Positions 28,274 through 41,140 of a stretch of 64,000 bases of DNA are shown here, in pieces. The notes beneath the pieces are model-generated. The model searched no databases and was not told the origin of the DNA. It saw nothing but the letters and a program-made list of their open reading frames with translations. Both the position numbers and the translations under genes were made by a program. Every line of letters starts with the position of its first letter. Within the stretch, counting starts at the first letter, position 1. Origin of the DNA: Octopus vulgaris (Eukaryota); NCBI GenBank assembly GCA_951406725.2, contig OX597826.1, forward strand, positions 80,848,001 through 80,912,000, in the 5' to 3' direction.

Positions 28274-30486
28274 AGAGACTAGCATTAATTTCCTATCAAG
28301 AGCACACAAACCACACCCACCCATATCTGTTACCATTTCTCCAAAATACAGCAACCAACACTTGTTCACTAAATGTAATTTTCATTTTATTTTTGTTACT
28401 TGACGAAACAGACATCCGTTGTATCTTGCTTTGTTTTTTTTGTTTTACATTTTTTTTACATTTTTTTTTTACTGTTGACACATTTATCTGATGTCTATGC
28501 AACTAATAACCACGATAATTATATTAATAGTTGCTTCTAATTTAAGCACAAGGCCAGCAGTTTTTGTAGAGAGTTGGGTGGGCTAGATGATTACATCAGC
28601 TTCACTATTTGACTGGCACTCTTTTCTTTTTGCCGACCTCCAAAGGTTGAAAGGCAAAGTCAATCCCAATGGTATTTGAACTCGGAACGTAAAGAGCCAG
28701 AACAAATGCTGTCCAATAACTCTCCTACTTCTGAATACAAGACATTTTTTAAAAGAGACGGTGGCGTTAAAAGGAGGGCTGCAAAAAGCTTCAACTCCGA
28801 CTCCACAATCTAGTTCAAAGTGAAGGTACATGGCTTCAGTGGTTAGAGTATTCGGCTTACAATCAGAAAGTCGTGAGTTCAGTTCTTGATTGATTGTCGT
28901 GTCCCTGTACAAGACACCTTTTAATGAAAGAGTTTTTTTAATGTTTTCATCTGCTCAATGCTTCAATCAGCTTGATCACCAATCATCATCATCATCATCA
29001 TCAGAAGTCTAATTCTTGGATATGTCCAGAGTAGCAGGCTGGAACCTTTATTTCTAAAAAGTGGTAACACTCTTCTCCGCTGTGTCAGTACATACCTGAT
29101 TCTTGATTTAAAAGGTTGGACATTTTGAATCTGATGCCATCCTTTTGTTGACTTGCCATCAGCATCCCCAAACCCCCCAAACTTTGTGTAATCCAGCCAA
29201 GTAAGTGTTTCAACGAGGCAACCCAACTCATTTCTGACAATTAGCTGGGGTTTAGCCCTTCAGGATGTCATCCAAATAAATGAGAAGTCAAATGATGATG
29301 TTAATAAACATACACGTAAGTCCTTAATGATGCTTAAATGTATGATGTTGATGTTTTAGCTTTGAGAAAACATCGATATCTCCTAGAAAGATGTCCAAAC
29401 AAAGATTAGAGGTCTCTCACTTCCAGCTGTTCGATGGCTGTTGAGTTCATCCACCCTTTGACAGGTTTTGTTTTCCCCTGCAATGAAAACCACCCTCCTT
29501 ATTAAATAGGCTTGACAAGGTTGCTGGTTTAGTCACCAATGGCTTGACTATGCAAGACATTGTACTGAGTTACACTTTATCAGTCACACTAAGAGTGACC
29601 AGGCTTATGTTTATGAGCAGCTCGTGAACATTCTATCAGTGTTGTATGTTGTGATGTCTGGGTGTTTCGGCTCTTACCACATACACTCTCATCCAGGCAA
29701 CCCACCCTAGGTTGATCAATCCTAGGCTTGTGTGGAAGTGACCTTCTGCTGATTTCTCAGCAGCCTCTGAAGTTGTTCTTGATGGCTTTTCTTCTGCTCA
29801 TTCCTTTAATGACCAGGGTTCTGTAGGCCTTACTCAAGATACAACCTGCCAACCTTTAACTGCTAACCTCCACTAGCAAAGATCTTGTTCTCCTCCCAGT
29901 CTTGCAGTAGTTCTCCACTGACTGGTACTTAGCTCTCTCTCCCTCTCTTATGCTTCCTCTGTCCTCTCCTCCCAGGGCTCAGTAAATTCCAACAGGACGA
30001 CCAGCTGCCTTGTTCGGAAACCAAGTTTTGGGTGAAATTTTAGTTTCTTCTGCTCAACTTCCATCACCCAATCCTATGCCATGGAAAAGTAAAACATTGG
30101 AGCTGTTCATGAGTCTTCTTTTTCTTCTCTCCTCCCTCAACAAAGGCCCTCTGCTGGCCTGTCTGTTGTCATGGATCCTTTTTGCCTCATTGATGGTCAT
30201 GAGAACGTGGTTGTGCCACCAGCAATATCCTTTATTCAGTGCTCTGGAGGCTTACATTGCAGTTATATAATAATCATACACTGGAGTTATTATACAACTC
30301 CAATGTATGATCGTGCTGACTCCACATAGAGTAAAAAGAACCACATGATATTGGAATTGCTCCAGCTTTTCTGGAATGAGTTACTGAAGTTCATATAATA
30401 ATAAGGATTTGTCACATTTGGATTAAGGCCAGAAAATTACTGAGGGATGGGTTGTATTCGCTGTTAAATTGATGATGGTATTTATT

Positions 30487-30722
30487 TAGGCGACGAGCTG
30501 GCAGAAACGTTAGCACGCTGGACGAAATTCTTAGCAGTATTTCGTCTGCTGTTACGTTCTGAGTTCAAATTCCGCTGAGGTCGACTTTGCCTTTCATCCT
30601 TTCGGGGTCGATAAATTAAGTACCAGTTACTCACTGGGGTCGATACAATCGACTTAATCCGTTTGTCTGTCTTTGTTTGTCCCCTCTGTGTTTAGCCCCT
30701 TGTGAGTAGTAAAGAAATAGGT
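30487..30722 (+). mobile_element. SINE family A copy
   Basis: Full-length similarity to 11975-12212. Confidence 0.85.
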
Positions 30723-31886
30723 ATTTATTTAGTTGAGTAAGGTGTAGTTGACATTGATGGTATCTAAACTTACAGAATTGATGGATGGGACCAAACACTT
30801 TTTCTCTGCTGCTTTAGTAAATATGATAAGGACCATGTGCTTTCAAGTTCAGTCCACCGTGTGGCACCTTGGGCAAGTGTCTTCTTCTCGACGTGACTGA
30901 GCATGTATTACTGGTTCTTTGCCTTCACTTCATGAGCGTCGCTGTGATGCAAGCAGTGCCCTGCATTTCCAATTTTCCATGAAAACCCGTCTTGTCTTGC
31001 AGAATATTACCTTGGAAACAGTTAAGTGTTAGCAACAGGAAGGATGCCAAGTCATAGGAAATTTGCCTCAACAAATTCCATCCGGCCGATATAAGCATGG
31101 AAAAGTGGGAGTTGAAATGATGATTAGATTTAAACCAGACAGAAGGCTCTTTCCCCAAAAGTCAGTGGTTTAGTCACCTGAATTGATCTCGGAGCTTACT
31201 GCTTCTTTTGTTAACGATAGAGAGAGATGAGCTGTGTTGAATCTCTAATCTGGCTCTCTGTTATGTCAGCCATCATCATCACCATTGCTAGTTTTAGATA
31301 GGAACTAAAACCCATTCTTGTCGATCAACAGCTCCATTCACTTAGATCAACTCCAGTGTGTAAATGGTCTCTTCATTTATTTCGTCTTTATTAATGAGAC
31401 ACAACATTCAATTGAACTTAACAGCAACAATTTATTAAGCTTTATGTACCAAAAAGGCCTTCCATATACTCTTCGGCTGCACCAAACATATCCACTTTAT
31501 TTTAACAACATTGCTTCTAATTTCGGTACGAGGCCCAGAATTTTGAGGGGAAAAGGGGCTGGTTAATTACATTGACCTCAGTGCTTGACTACATATTTTA
31601 TCAACCCTGAGAGCATGAAAGGCGATGTTCTTCTCGACAGGATTTGAACTCAGAATTTAAAGCTAGAAGAGATGTTACTTAGCATTTTGTCTCGCATACT
31701 AACAAATCTGCCAGCTTGTCACCTTAATAATAATAATAATAATCCTTATTTTGGCACAAGGCCAGCAAATTTGAGGGGTGGGGAAGTCAATTACAGTGAC
31801 CCCAGTGTCTGACTGGTAATTATTTTATTAGCCCCAAGAGGATGAAAGGCTAAGTCAACCATGGCAGAATTTGAACTCAGAACATA

Positions 31887-32193
31887 GGTAGGGGTCTCGG
31901 AGCAGCGTCCCTGCCTTCCTGAGCTTGTTTTCCGCCACTTTTCTTTAAAATAATGGTAGAGGCCTTGGTCTCGGGACCACTCATGTCTAGAAACTGAGGT
32001 TGAGGGTAAGCAAGGGCATGCGCCCTGTAGAAAATCCAGCTTCAAAAAAGCATCATGATAGCAAAGGAAAATGGGCATCTTACCAGCCTAAAGGTTGGGG
32101 TGGGCTGCCTACCTTGGTTGCTATGGCATTGAAGTAGATCCGGCCACCCCCATTAACGGGGACAAAACCTGGATTTAAAACACTGATACTGAT
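31887..32193 (+). mobile_element. Short retroposon nested in a family A SINE, 7-bp TSD GAACATA
   Basis: The SINE sequence breaks at ...CTCAGAACATA (31880-31886) and resumes after GAACATA (32194-32200) with AAGACGG...; the insert ends in a CTGATACTGAT tail. Confidence 0.75.
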
Positions 32194-34764
32194 GAACATA
32201 AAGACGGAGGAAATGTTGCTAAGTATTTGGTCCACCGTGGTAACGATTTTGCTTGCTCACCACTTTAATAATAATAATAATAATAATTTGAGAGTGTGAT
32301 GGTTTTTTAAGAATAATTTCTTTGTTTCGATAAAGATGCGAAATGAGGAGATGAATTACATGGATGGAATAGAAAATGTCTTGTGGGGAACTTAACACTG
32401 GGATTGAAATGAATGAAGGGTGACAGTGTACATGATATACAAATACGTGATAGCAGACAACCTAAGGCCAGTTAAGGAAGCCTGATCTAGGGTTACCCTG
32501 CTTACCAGGAGTAAACACTCCCTTCCAGCTGTAGTCACCAGGCTGCTGACATGATTGGAGTCAACCCATTCACTTAATTATGCTATTGTCTCTTTCAATT
32601 GTTTTCTATCTTTGGTTAAACATATTCTATCAATGTAAGGCTACTCTCAAATACAAAACATATTATAATGTATATTTTGTACCTCTTCTCCTTCATCCTC
32701 TCTCTCTCTTTCCCTCTGTATCTACACAAACACTCACACATATAACACTATTACACTTGACAAGGTGCTTCTGTTAAATGAACAATTTTTAGTTTCCTAC
32801 ACAAATTCCGAGAATTGTTCTTTTTTTTATGATGTCTGTTCGATTGAACCAGTGTGTTTTCCATTTGTTTTTTTTTTTGAGTGTGTGGGTGAGATCTCTT
32901 TCTCCAACCTCCACCCATCCTTGTGTCTGTGACAGAGGCCGGAAAGCACTCGGCTAAAGACATAATGATATATTGTTTAATCTCACTGCTGATATTAACT
33001 CTGTCTTTATCCTTTTGAAGTAGACAAAAAAAAATACAACTCCAGCACTAACTTCATAAAGATTCACTGCAGACACTATTTCCTCAAAATCTATAACCTT
33101 CTGCAACAATTATTCAGGCAGCAAACTGGCAGAAGAGGATTAGCATGCCAGACGAAACGCTTAGCTGTGCTTCGTCCATCCTTACATTCACCGTTCAAAT
33201 TTCGCTGAGGCCAGCTTTGCTTTTCATCCTTTCAGTGTCGATAAAATAAGTACCAGTTATGCACTGGGGTTGATGTAATCATCTTAGCTCCTCCTGTGTG
33301 AGTGTATATAAAAATTGCACCCCTCTGCCAAGTCAGTGTAGCAGAGCGGGCTCATCAAACCAATATGATCTTGAGCTCAGATTCTCATCCTGCACATCAA
33401 GACCATGGTTGGTGGAGAGAACATGCCAAGTCCTTCATCCTGCAATGGACTGAACATGGCCAATCCAACCTTAATCCAATTCATAGCAGTTATTATGTTA
33501 GAAATAATTATTATTAAGGATGGGGGATTAGCAAAATTGAATATTGGAAAAAAAAAATGCTATGCAATGTTTCTTGTGGTTCTTTACATTCTGGGTTCAA
33601 ATCCCACCTGGTCAACGTTGTTTTTCATCCTTCCTTGGTCAATAAAATAAGTACCAGTCAAATACTGTGGTCCATGATATTAACGCTCTCCTCCTAATTT
33701 CAGGCATTGTGCCTGTATGCCAGAAACGTTTTTTGTTAATGTTTGCATGTAAGTTTTTTCAAGACCACCAGGTACTTCCACATTATTCTGGTGGGACATT
33801 GGGTGGGGGTGGGGCGTTTTCCTTGTCTTTGGAAGTGTAGAATTATATTTGAATGTTATGCTTGGTTTTGTGGTGAATAATGTTCAATGATGAGTTGTGT
33901 TTTAGTGTGTTAGTTGTTTCTTGGTGTCAGTCAAGGGTTGTGTGGAATATATGTTGTGTTGGGTTTCCCCACCTGTGCATGTGAAGACTGGATTTGGTTG
34001 ACTCTGGAGAAGAAACCTTTTTGGCTCAACAGAGAGGAACGTAGCTGCACCAATACATTTTGGAGTGAAGAGAGCAAAAGGCAAGCAGGACATCATGGCA
34101 ATCCATATTCATCCGCGTTTGTCATGACTTGGTCCTACAAGTGAGAGCATGGGGTTGACAGTGTGCAGCACTTCCTCACTTTCAAAGAAAGTCATTTCAC
34201 AAGTCATCAGTCATCCTTGACGATGGCTAAATGGTCGTTGTCGTTGCCTTGATGGGCGAACATACATATTGTTGGGTGGTAGTTATATAAAATGCAATTT
34301 GTCTGAATTGTTGGTAGTAAGGTCAGTTGTCGACGATTATGTCAGCTTTACTGGCTTCTGTTTATTATGATGACACTCTGTCAGTTACGATGCCAAGGTT
34401 TCAACAGAAAAGTCTGCTTGTGAAATTAACATGCAAGTGGCTGAGCACTCCACAGACAGACATACCTTTAACATAGTGCTCTGGGGTAGTCAGCATGACA
34501 CAGCTTATTTTTGCCAGCTGAGTGGACTGGAGCAGTGTGAAATAAACTGTCTTGCTCAAGAACACAATGCACTGCCAGGAATTGAACTCAGAACCTTCTG
34601 ATCGTGAGCTGAACACCTTAACTGTGCTGGTTATGGATTGTGTAGAGCAGTGCTGAGTGGGCATGTTGTCTTGTATTTGACAATGTTTGCATATGGCTAT
34701 GGCATATATGGATTCTCTGAGCTGTGGCATAGCATACGGGCTGGGCCTAGCCTAATGCTTCAGC

Positions 34765-35360
34765 TATTACCTCCGCCTTAGCGAAGGCAGAGGTATTGTT
34801 TTCAGTTGTGTTTGTTTGTTTGTTTATCTGGACAAGATATCTCAAGAACCGCTGGATGGATTCGGATGAAACTTTCAGGGATGTTTGGCCTTGTGACTGG
34901 CACAAACTGATTAGATTTCAGGTTTGATCTGGTACCAGACAAGGATTCCGGATTATTTGTTATATTTACTTTACATGATTACGTTCTTACTTTCACTTTC
35001 GAGTTTTTCTCAATTATTTCTCTTCAGGCTCTGACTATTTTGAATGGTGAATTTGTTAACTTTGGCTTGTATTAGATAAGGATAAACTATTATTACTGTT
35101 ACTAAATTTCCTACAGCCACCTTCACATTCCATGACAACCATTGGGATCGATCAGGTACCGAAAAAGGATTCTGGATTATTTTTCCGGTTTTTTTTTGCT
35201 TAATTTTTGAGAGTGGTTGGGTTCATTTTTAGTATTCTCATTTGTGAGAGCAGTTGAGTTTATTTCAGACATTCTCATTTTAAAAATCATCACTGGCTAA
35301 TCATTGAGAGGACGTTGGTGTTGCCTTGGCAGAGATTTGCACTCTCTGAGTGCTCTTGTT
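34765..35360 (+). mobile_element. Non-autonomous Helentron-like (HINE/DINE-type) element
   Basis: 5' TATTACCTCCGCC with nearby inverted copy GGCAGAGGTA, a GTTT microsatellite, a 3' subterminal CCTTGGCAGAGAT and a terminal hairpin GCACTC-TCT-GAGTGC. Second copy at 51375-51740. Confidence 0.65.
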
Positions 35361-36239
35361 AGATCTGTTGTGAGTTCTAGGACCACAAGGCCCAGAGTTT
35401 AACCCAGTTTCTATGGTGTGTTAGTAGCTGAGATGAGAACACCCTTCTCCTGGATAGGATGCTAGTCAGTTACAGGGTTAACTTCCCACCTATTACTGGA
35501 ACACATTTACAGCTAGGTTAACTGGTGTGACATGAAGTGAAGTGTTTTGCTGAAGAACACAATGCACCGCCTAGATCAAGAATCAAACCCGCACTCTTAC
35601 AGCCACGAGTGCAGCACCCTAACCACTAAGCCATATACCTTCAGAGTACATGTTTATACAACTTATAATCCATTTCCATGACAATCTCTCAGTATATTAT
35701 GCAGTTCACATATCTACTGAGCCAATTATGTTTGTGGCCATTCTCAGACCTGGCAGAAATTGTGTGGTCAACTGTGTCATTGCAGAATCTGTACTTAATG
35801 TTATCACTTTTTTTTTTGTTGTTGTAGTTATTTGTGACTAAAATCAGAACTGTCGCTTCTGTTTCGGTTTTTGGAGTCATTCTTGCCTTTCACCTGTTGT
35901 CTTTCCTCTCTGTTGTGTTTTACTGACCATTTGGTCGTCTTCCAAATTTTTGTACAAAATCGCATTTTGTCTTTTGGTTTTTTTGGTTTTTGTTTTAACT
36001 TTTGCAGTTATTTTGATTTAATCTAAATCATTTTCTTCAGTGTAGCTTTTAGTTTGTATTTTATTTCCTTAAACACATACGAAAGGTTTCTGCTTTCTTT
36101 GTTTCCCTATTACACTAATCCCTCTCCTGCTTGCTTTTAGATAATCTCTAATTCTGTTGTTGTTACTTTGTCTCTTTCTATAAGTCTCACCTGTGTGCAG
36201 GTAAATATAGTTAGTCCACATTTCTCCATAAGGAGCACA

Positions 36240-36560
36240 GCCACTTCGTACTAGGGGAGGCAGTCTTGGGGGCTGCCTCCTTGATTTCGCTTCATCCTCC
36301 ATGCATCTTTTCCAGGTCTTCCCAGGCTGCCCAACTTCCCTCTTGCCTTCAGATTGCCAGTCTTACACTTGTCTTGCAATACTGTTTGGAGGTCTCCCCA
36401 GACTGTCACTCATCCGACTCCCTTTTCAGAATTTCTTGATTCATGCCAGTTTGGTTTCTTCTGCCCCACAGACTTCTCTTTGAAATTCTCTTTTATATCT
36501 GCTCCTTGCAGCCAGGCATCCCTTTCAGGCATTCGTTCTCCTCTTTTAGTTCTATGCTAT
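36240..36560 (-). mobile_element. RTE-type LINE 3' fragment
   Basis: Minus strand encodes DWQSEGKREVGQPGKTWKRCMEDE, similar to the W.P.GKR..GRP..TW motif. Confidence 0.55.
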
Positions 36561-37189
36561 TGCTTTCATAAAGAGTAACCAAACTGTTGTAGAGTAAGGT
36601 GCAAGAGTTTTGTAGCTTGTTGGCAAGCATGCTATGGGCCTTCAGTTTTGTGGGTCCCCACTGTTTTCATTTCGAAGGAATTGGTATTGTTTTCCTTTCC
36701 GGTATTGACCCTGGACTGCTTACCATTTTACTGAAAGTTGCTGTTGAAGATTCATGAGTTCTAAGTTGAGTGCTTCAACCAAAAATTGAGACCATCTTTT
36801 TCCAGTTATTTGCAATTCTTTGTGTATTTCTAAGTTTCTTGCCAGTTATTGATGGGTCGTGTGAATCTCCTGACTTCAGTTTAATCCTCAACATCATTCC
36901 TTTAAATTTGTGACTGACCTGATACGAATGTAAGAAGTTTTTTTTTTTACATAGAATTCAGAGCACTGATCAAGATGTTTTCAGCATTTAGTTAAAAGCC
37001 TTCATGTTCTGAGTTCAAATCCTATCAGTTATCATGCTATTTTCTATCCTCTGGGAGGGCTAATTAAGTAATTACCAGTCATGTAGGATAATCAATGTAA
37101 GTGAGGATCCTTTTGAGTGTCTTTTGTATAGAATGTCGCATCAAATGGAAATTGTAGTTGTAATCGTGGGGTGACATGCCTTGCCTGAG

Positions 37190-37565
37190 GAGACCTATTG
37201 AGTCATGTACATCAAAATCAAATGGAAATTGTAGTTGTGATCCCCGTGCTGGTGGCACGTAAACAGCACCATCCGAACGTGACCGATGCCAGCGCCACTT
37301 TGACTGGCTTCCATGCCAGTGGCACGGAAAATGCACCAACTGATCGTGGTATGTTGCCAGCCCCCTCTGGCCCCTGTGCTGGTGGCACGTAAAAAGCACC
37401 CGCTACACTCACGGAGCGGTTGGCATTAGGAAGGGCATCCAGCCGTAGAAACACTGCCAGATCAGACTGGAGCCTGGTGCAGCCTCCTGGCTTCCCAGAC
37501 CCTGGTCGAACCGTCCAACCCATGCCAGCATGGAAAACAGACGTTAAACGATGATGATGATGATG
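37190..37565 (+). mobile_element. Retroposon family C copy
   Basis: Same body and GAT tail as 48058-48580. Confidence 0.8.
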
Positions 37566-39914
37566 TGTGTGGGATGTGCAGTGAAGAGCAACAGAAATTG
37601 CCAGAGTACAATTTACTTAGTCTGGTCTGTGTGTGTGTGTGTGTGTGTAGATTTGCTTGGTTTTATAGGAGTTCCATTGAGCTACATTTACGAATAAAAT
37701 GGTGATTCTTGTGGGAGGAATATATGTCATTACCATCATCATCTTGTATGCGGCTGTGAGGAGGGTAAGAGAGTGGAGCAGGGGAGGGGGAAAGTAATTT
37801 ATGTGGTGAGAATTGATGAGAACAAAGTAATAAATTCAGTGGCAGTCGGTAATGAGAACAGAATTAGGTCATCCCAGAACATTTGCAGTGATGACAATTT
37901 GAAAATAATATAAGCAACACTATCTTTTTTCTTTTTTTTTTTCTTTTTACCAGGCTGAGTCTGTTTCTCCTTTTAAGAGGTCTTTATTATGGTTAGATGC
38001 TCAGCATAACTTCATCCACCACCAGTTGAGAAGCAAATGGTATAAGTTACCCTGTATAAAATACTACAGCACACTGTCTGTTTGAGGATTTAAACATGCA
38101 ATCATAATTAGAGGTGGTGGGTGGGGAATGTCTTCTTAAGCAATTGACTTGCTAGAAATAGCAGTCAGATTGCTTTTAAATCTCTCCCATTTTGTCTTAC
38201 AAAGAACACAATAGATAATGTAGACCTTTGGAGACTGTATAAGTTTGCCCAGACAGGGCCAACCTGGGGCCAAGCAACAAATTAGAAGGGATTGTGAGTT
38301 TATTATTAATTACTGAATTCATATACACCCAGTACACACTGAAAAGCTGTCAGAAGGGCATTTAGCCATAGAAATCATGCTAATGCTGATATGGGGCACA
38401 GTGCCACCCTGTGACTCATCAGACCCTATCAGCATGGAAAACGACAATAACAGCAAATGATTTATGAATTTGTATGAATATTGTGAATTAACAGATTGGA
38501 ACAATTTTGTGGTTTTAATCAGTATTAATTGTTGTTGAAGCTGTTTGTAGCCTTAATTGTCTGGTGGTTATTTATATGTGTGTATATATGCATATGTCGC
38601 AGCCTTTATTTGTCAGTTGCTCTGAGTTAATTATCTGCCACTCTGTCAATTACAACAACGAGGATTCCTGTTGATCTGATCAGCGGAAGAGCCTGCTCAT
38701 GAATCCAACATGCAAGTGGCTGAGCGTTCCACAGATGGATCATAGTCTTAACGTGGTTCTCAGGGAGATTCTGCATGACAGGGAATGTGGCCGTACTGGC
38801 CCATGAAATTACAGGTACTACTCATTTTTGCCAGCTGAGTAAACTGAGCAATGCGAAATAATGTGCTTCCTGGAATCAAACTCCCAGCCATGAGTTGAAT
38901 GCCCGTGATTCACACTAGTTGCAGAAAAGAAATGGAGGCAGAAATGGATTATGGAATTTGTCGCATGTCAAAGTATTTTTTTGTTATGGAACAGCAGAGT
39001 GAAAATAGTATATTGTACTTCAAATTGTCGAAATAAGTGTGAAATATTTATTAAAAAGTAATATAACAATACAGATTGTTAGAGAACCTACTTTGAATTT
39101 GTCAGCAGATGCAATGTTCATTGTGCATATGCATGCACACATATCCATTAATACATATATAGTTTCTTGTGTACCGTTGGTTAGGTAAACCCTGTAGTCG
39201 TTATGATTCTAATCATCATCATTTAACATCCGCTTTCCGTTGCTAGCATGGGTTGGACAGTTTGGCCGAGGACTGGCAAGCCAGATGGCTGCACCAGGCT
39301 CCAATCTGATCTGGCAATGTTTTTACAGCTTGATGCCCTTTCTAATGCCAACCACTCCGAGAGTGTAATGGATGCCATTGGCATGAGGGCCAGTCAGGTG
39401 GCACTGGCATTGGCCATGCTTGAATGGTGCATTTTACGTGCCACCAGCACGGGAGCCAGTCAGGCTACACTGGCAATGACCAGAACCGAATAGTGTGTTG
39501 ACAATCAGTTCTGATGGTCATCTTGATATGAAGAAGCAACTAATAAATAACATGGATGATAATTCTTTATTTGAAAACCTCCTAAATCGAAAATTTCTTA
39601 AGTGGGGAAAAACGCCACAAAGGGAAAATTCTAGAAAGCACTTGGAATTTTATTTCATAAATTTTTTCTTTTTAAATAATTTCTCCTCATTTCATCTTAT
39701 CCTTGTTGAGGTTATTGGACTGCAATCATGCTGGTTTTTACTGAAATTGTCCTCATTTATTTATAGATTTGTTTATAAAGTCTTGTACTTGTGCTGTTGG
39801 TCTCTTTTGCCAAACCACTAAGTTATGGAGATGTAAATAAACCAACGCCAGTCGTCAAACAGTAGGAGGGAACACACTAATGCACGTATATATATATATA
39901 TATATATATATTCG

Positions 39915-40288
39915 TTTATTTGTTTCAGTCATTTGACTGTGGCCATGCTGGAGTACCGCCTTTGGTCAAACAAATCAACCCTAGCACTTATTCTTTGTAA
40001 GCCTAGTACTAATTCTATTGGTCTCTTTTGCTGAACCACTAGATTACGAGGTTGTAAACACACCAACATCAGTTGTCAAGCGATGGTGGGGAGGGGGGAC
40101 AAACAGACACACAAACATATATACATATATACAACGAGCTTCTTCCAGTTTCCATCTACCAAATCCACTCACAAGGCTTTGGTCAGCCCGAGGCTATAGT
40201 AGAAGACGCCCAAAATGCCATGTAGTGGGACTGATCCCGGAACTATGTGGCTGGTAAGCAAGCTTCTTACCACACAGCCACGCCTACA

Positions 40289-40337
<49 letters not shown>

Positions 40338-40690
40338 GTATTCCACAGTGTCTATCAAATTCATTCACAGAGTATTGGTTAGGCTAGGGCTATAGTAGAA
40401 GAGACTTGCCCAAGTTGCCATGCAGTGGGACTGAACCTGGAACCTTGTGGTTGCAAAACTATTGGGCTCGTTTTCCAAACCAACACTGGTTATCAAGCAG
40501 TGATGGGGACAAACACACACACACATATACACAACAGGCTTCTTTCAATTTCTGTCTATGAAATCCACTCACAAGGCTTTGGTCAGCTCAAGGCTATAGT
40601 CGAAGACACTTGCCCAAGGTGCCACACAGTGGGACTGAACCTGGAACCATGTAGTTGGGAAGCCGGCTTCATACTACCCAGCCATGCCTA
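39915..40690 (-). mobile_element. Cluster of SINE family B copies (reverse orientation)
   Basis: Repeated CACAAGGCTTTGGTCAGC...GGCTATAGTAGAAGA...GTGGGACTGAACC blocks. Confidence 0.8.
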
Positions 40691-40932
40691 TTGGGAATGA
40701 TTTTTAAAAATTGTAGTCCATTTTAGATGGGCAAGAAGCTGAAAAGTTGGAAGTGAAGTGGTTGTGTTCTTGAAGGTTTGACAATCTAAAGTGAAAGTGT
40801 AATTAATTAAAAGCAATATTTATTAAGAAAGTGCGACTTATATATTGTGCAAAAGTGAAGTAGCACCAAATTTATAAAAGCCTACATTCGTGATTTTTAA
40901 GTTGTATTTTGGAAAGTAAATGGAATAAATGT

Positions 40933-41140
40933 TTAACCATTTTGCAGTCAGAACAATCTGTCAAATGTAATTTAATTCCTATTTATTCACATTATTTCGT
41001 ATTAATCATGCACTCTCTCAGCTTTGAGATATTTCAATGATGTGAATGTTTATTTTTAGAATGACATTGTAGGGTAGTTTGAACATAAAATAGATAGATT
41101 ATTTGGGGTGGTTTTGGCTTGTTTAAATGCTAAAGGTTTA
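40933..41140. mobile_element. Degenerate TTAA-type MITE
   Basis: TTAACCATTTTGCA...TGCTAAAGGTTTA imperfect terminal inverted repeats. Confidence 0.4.
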
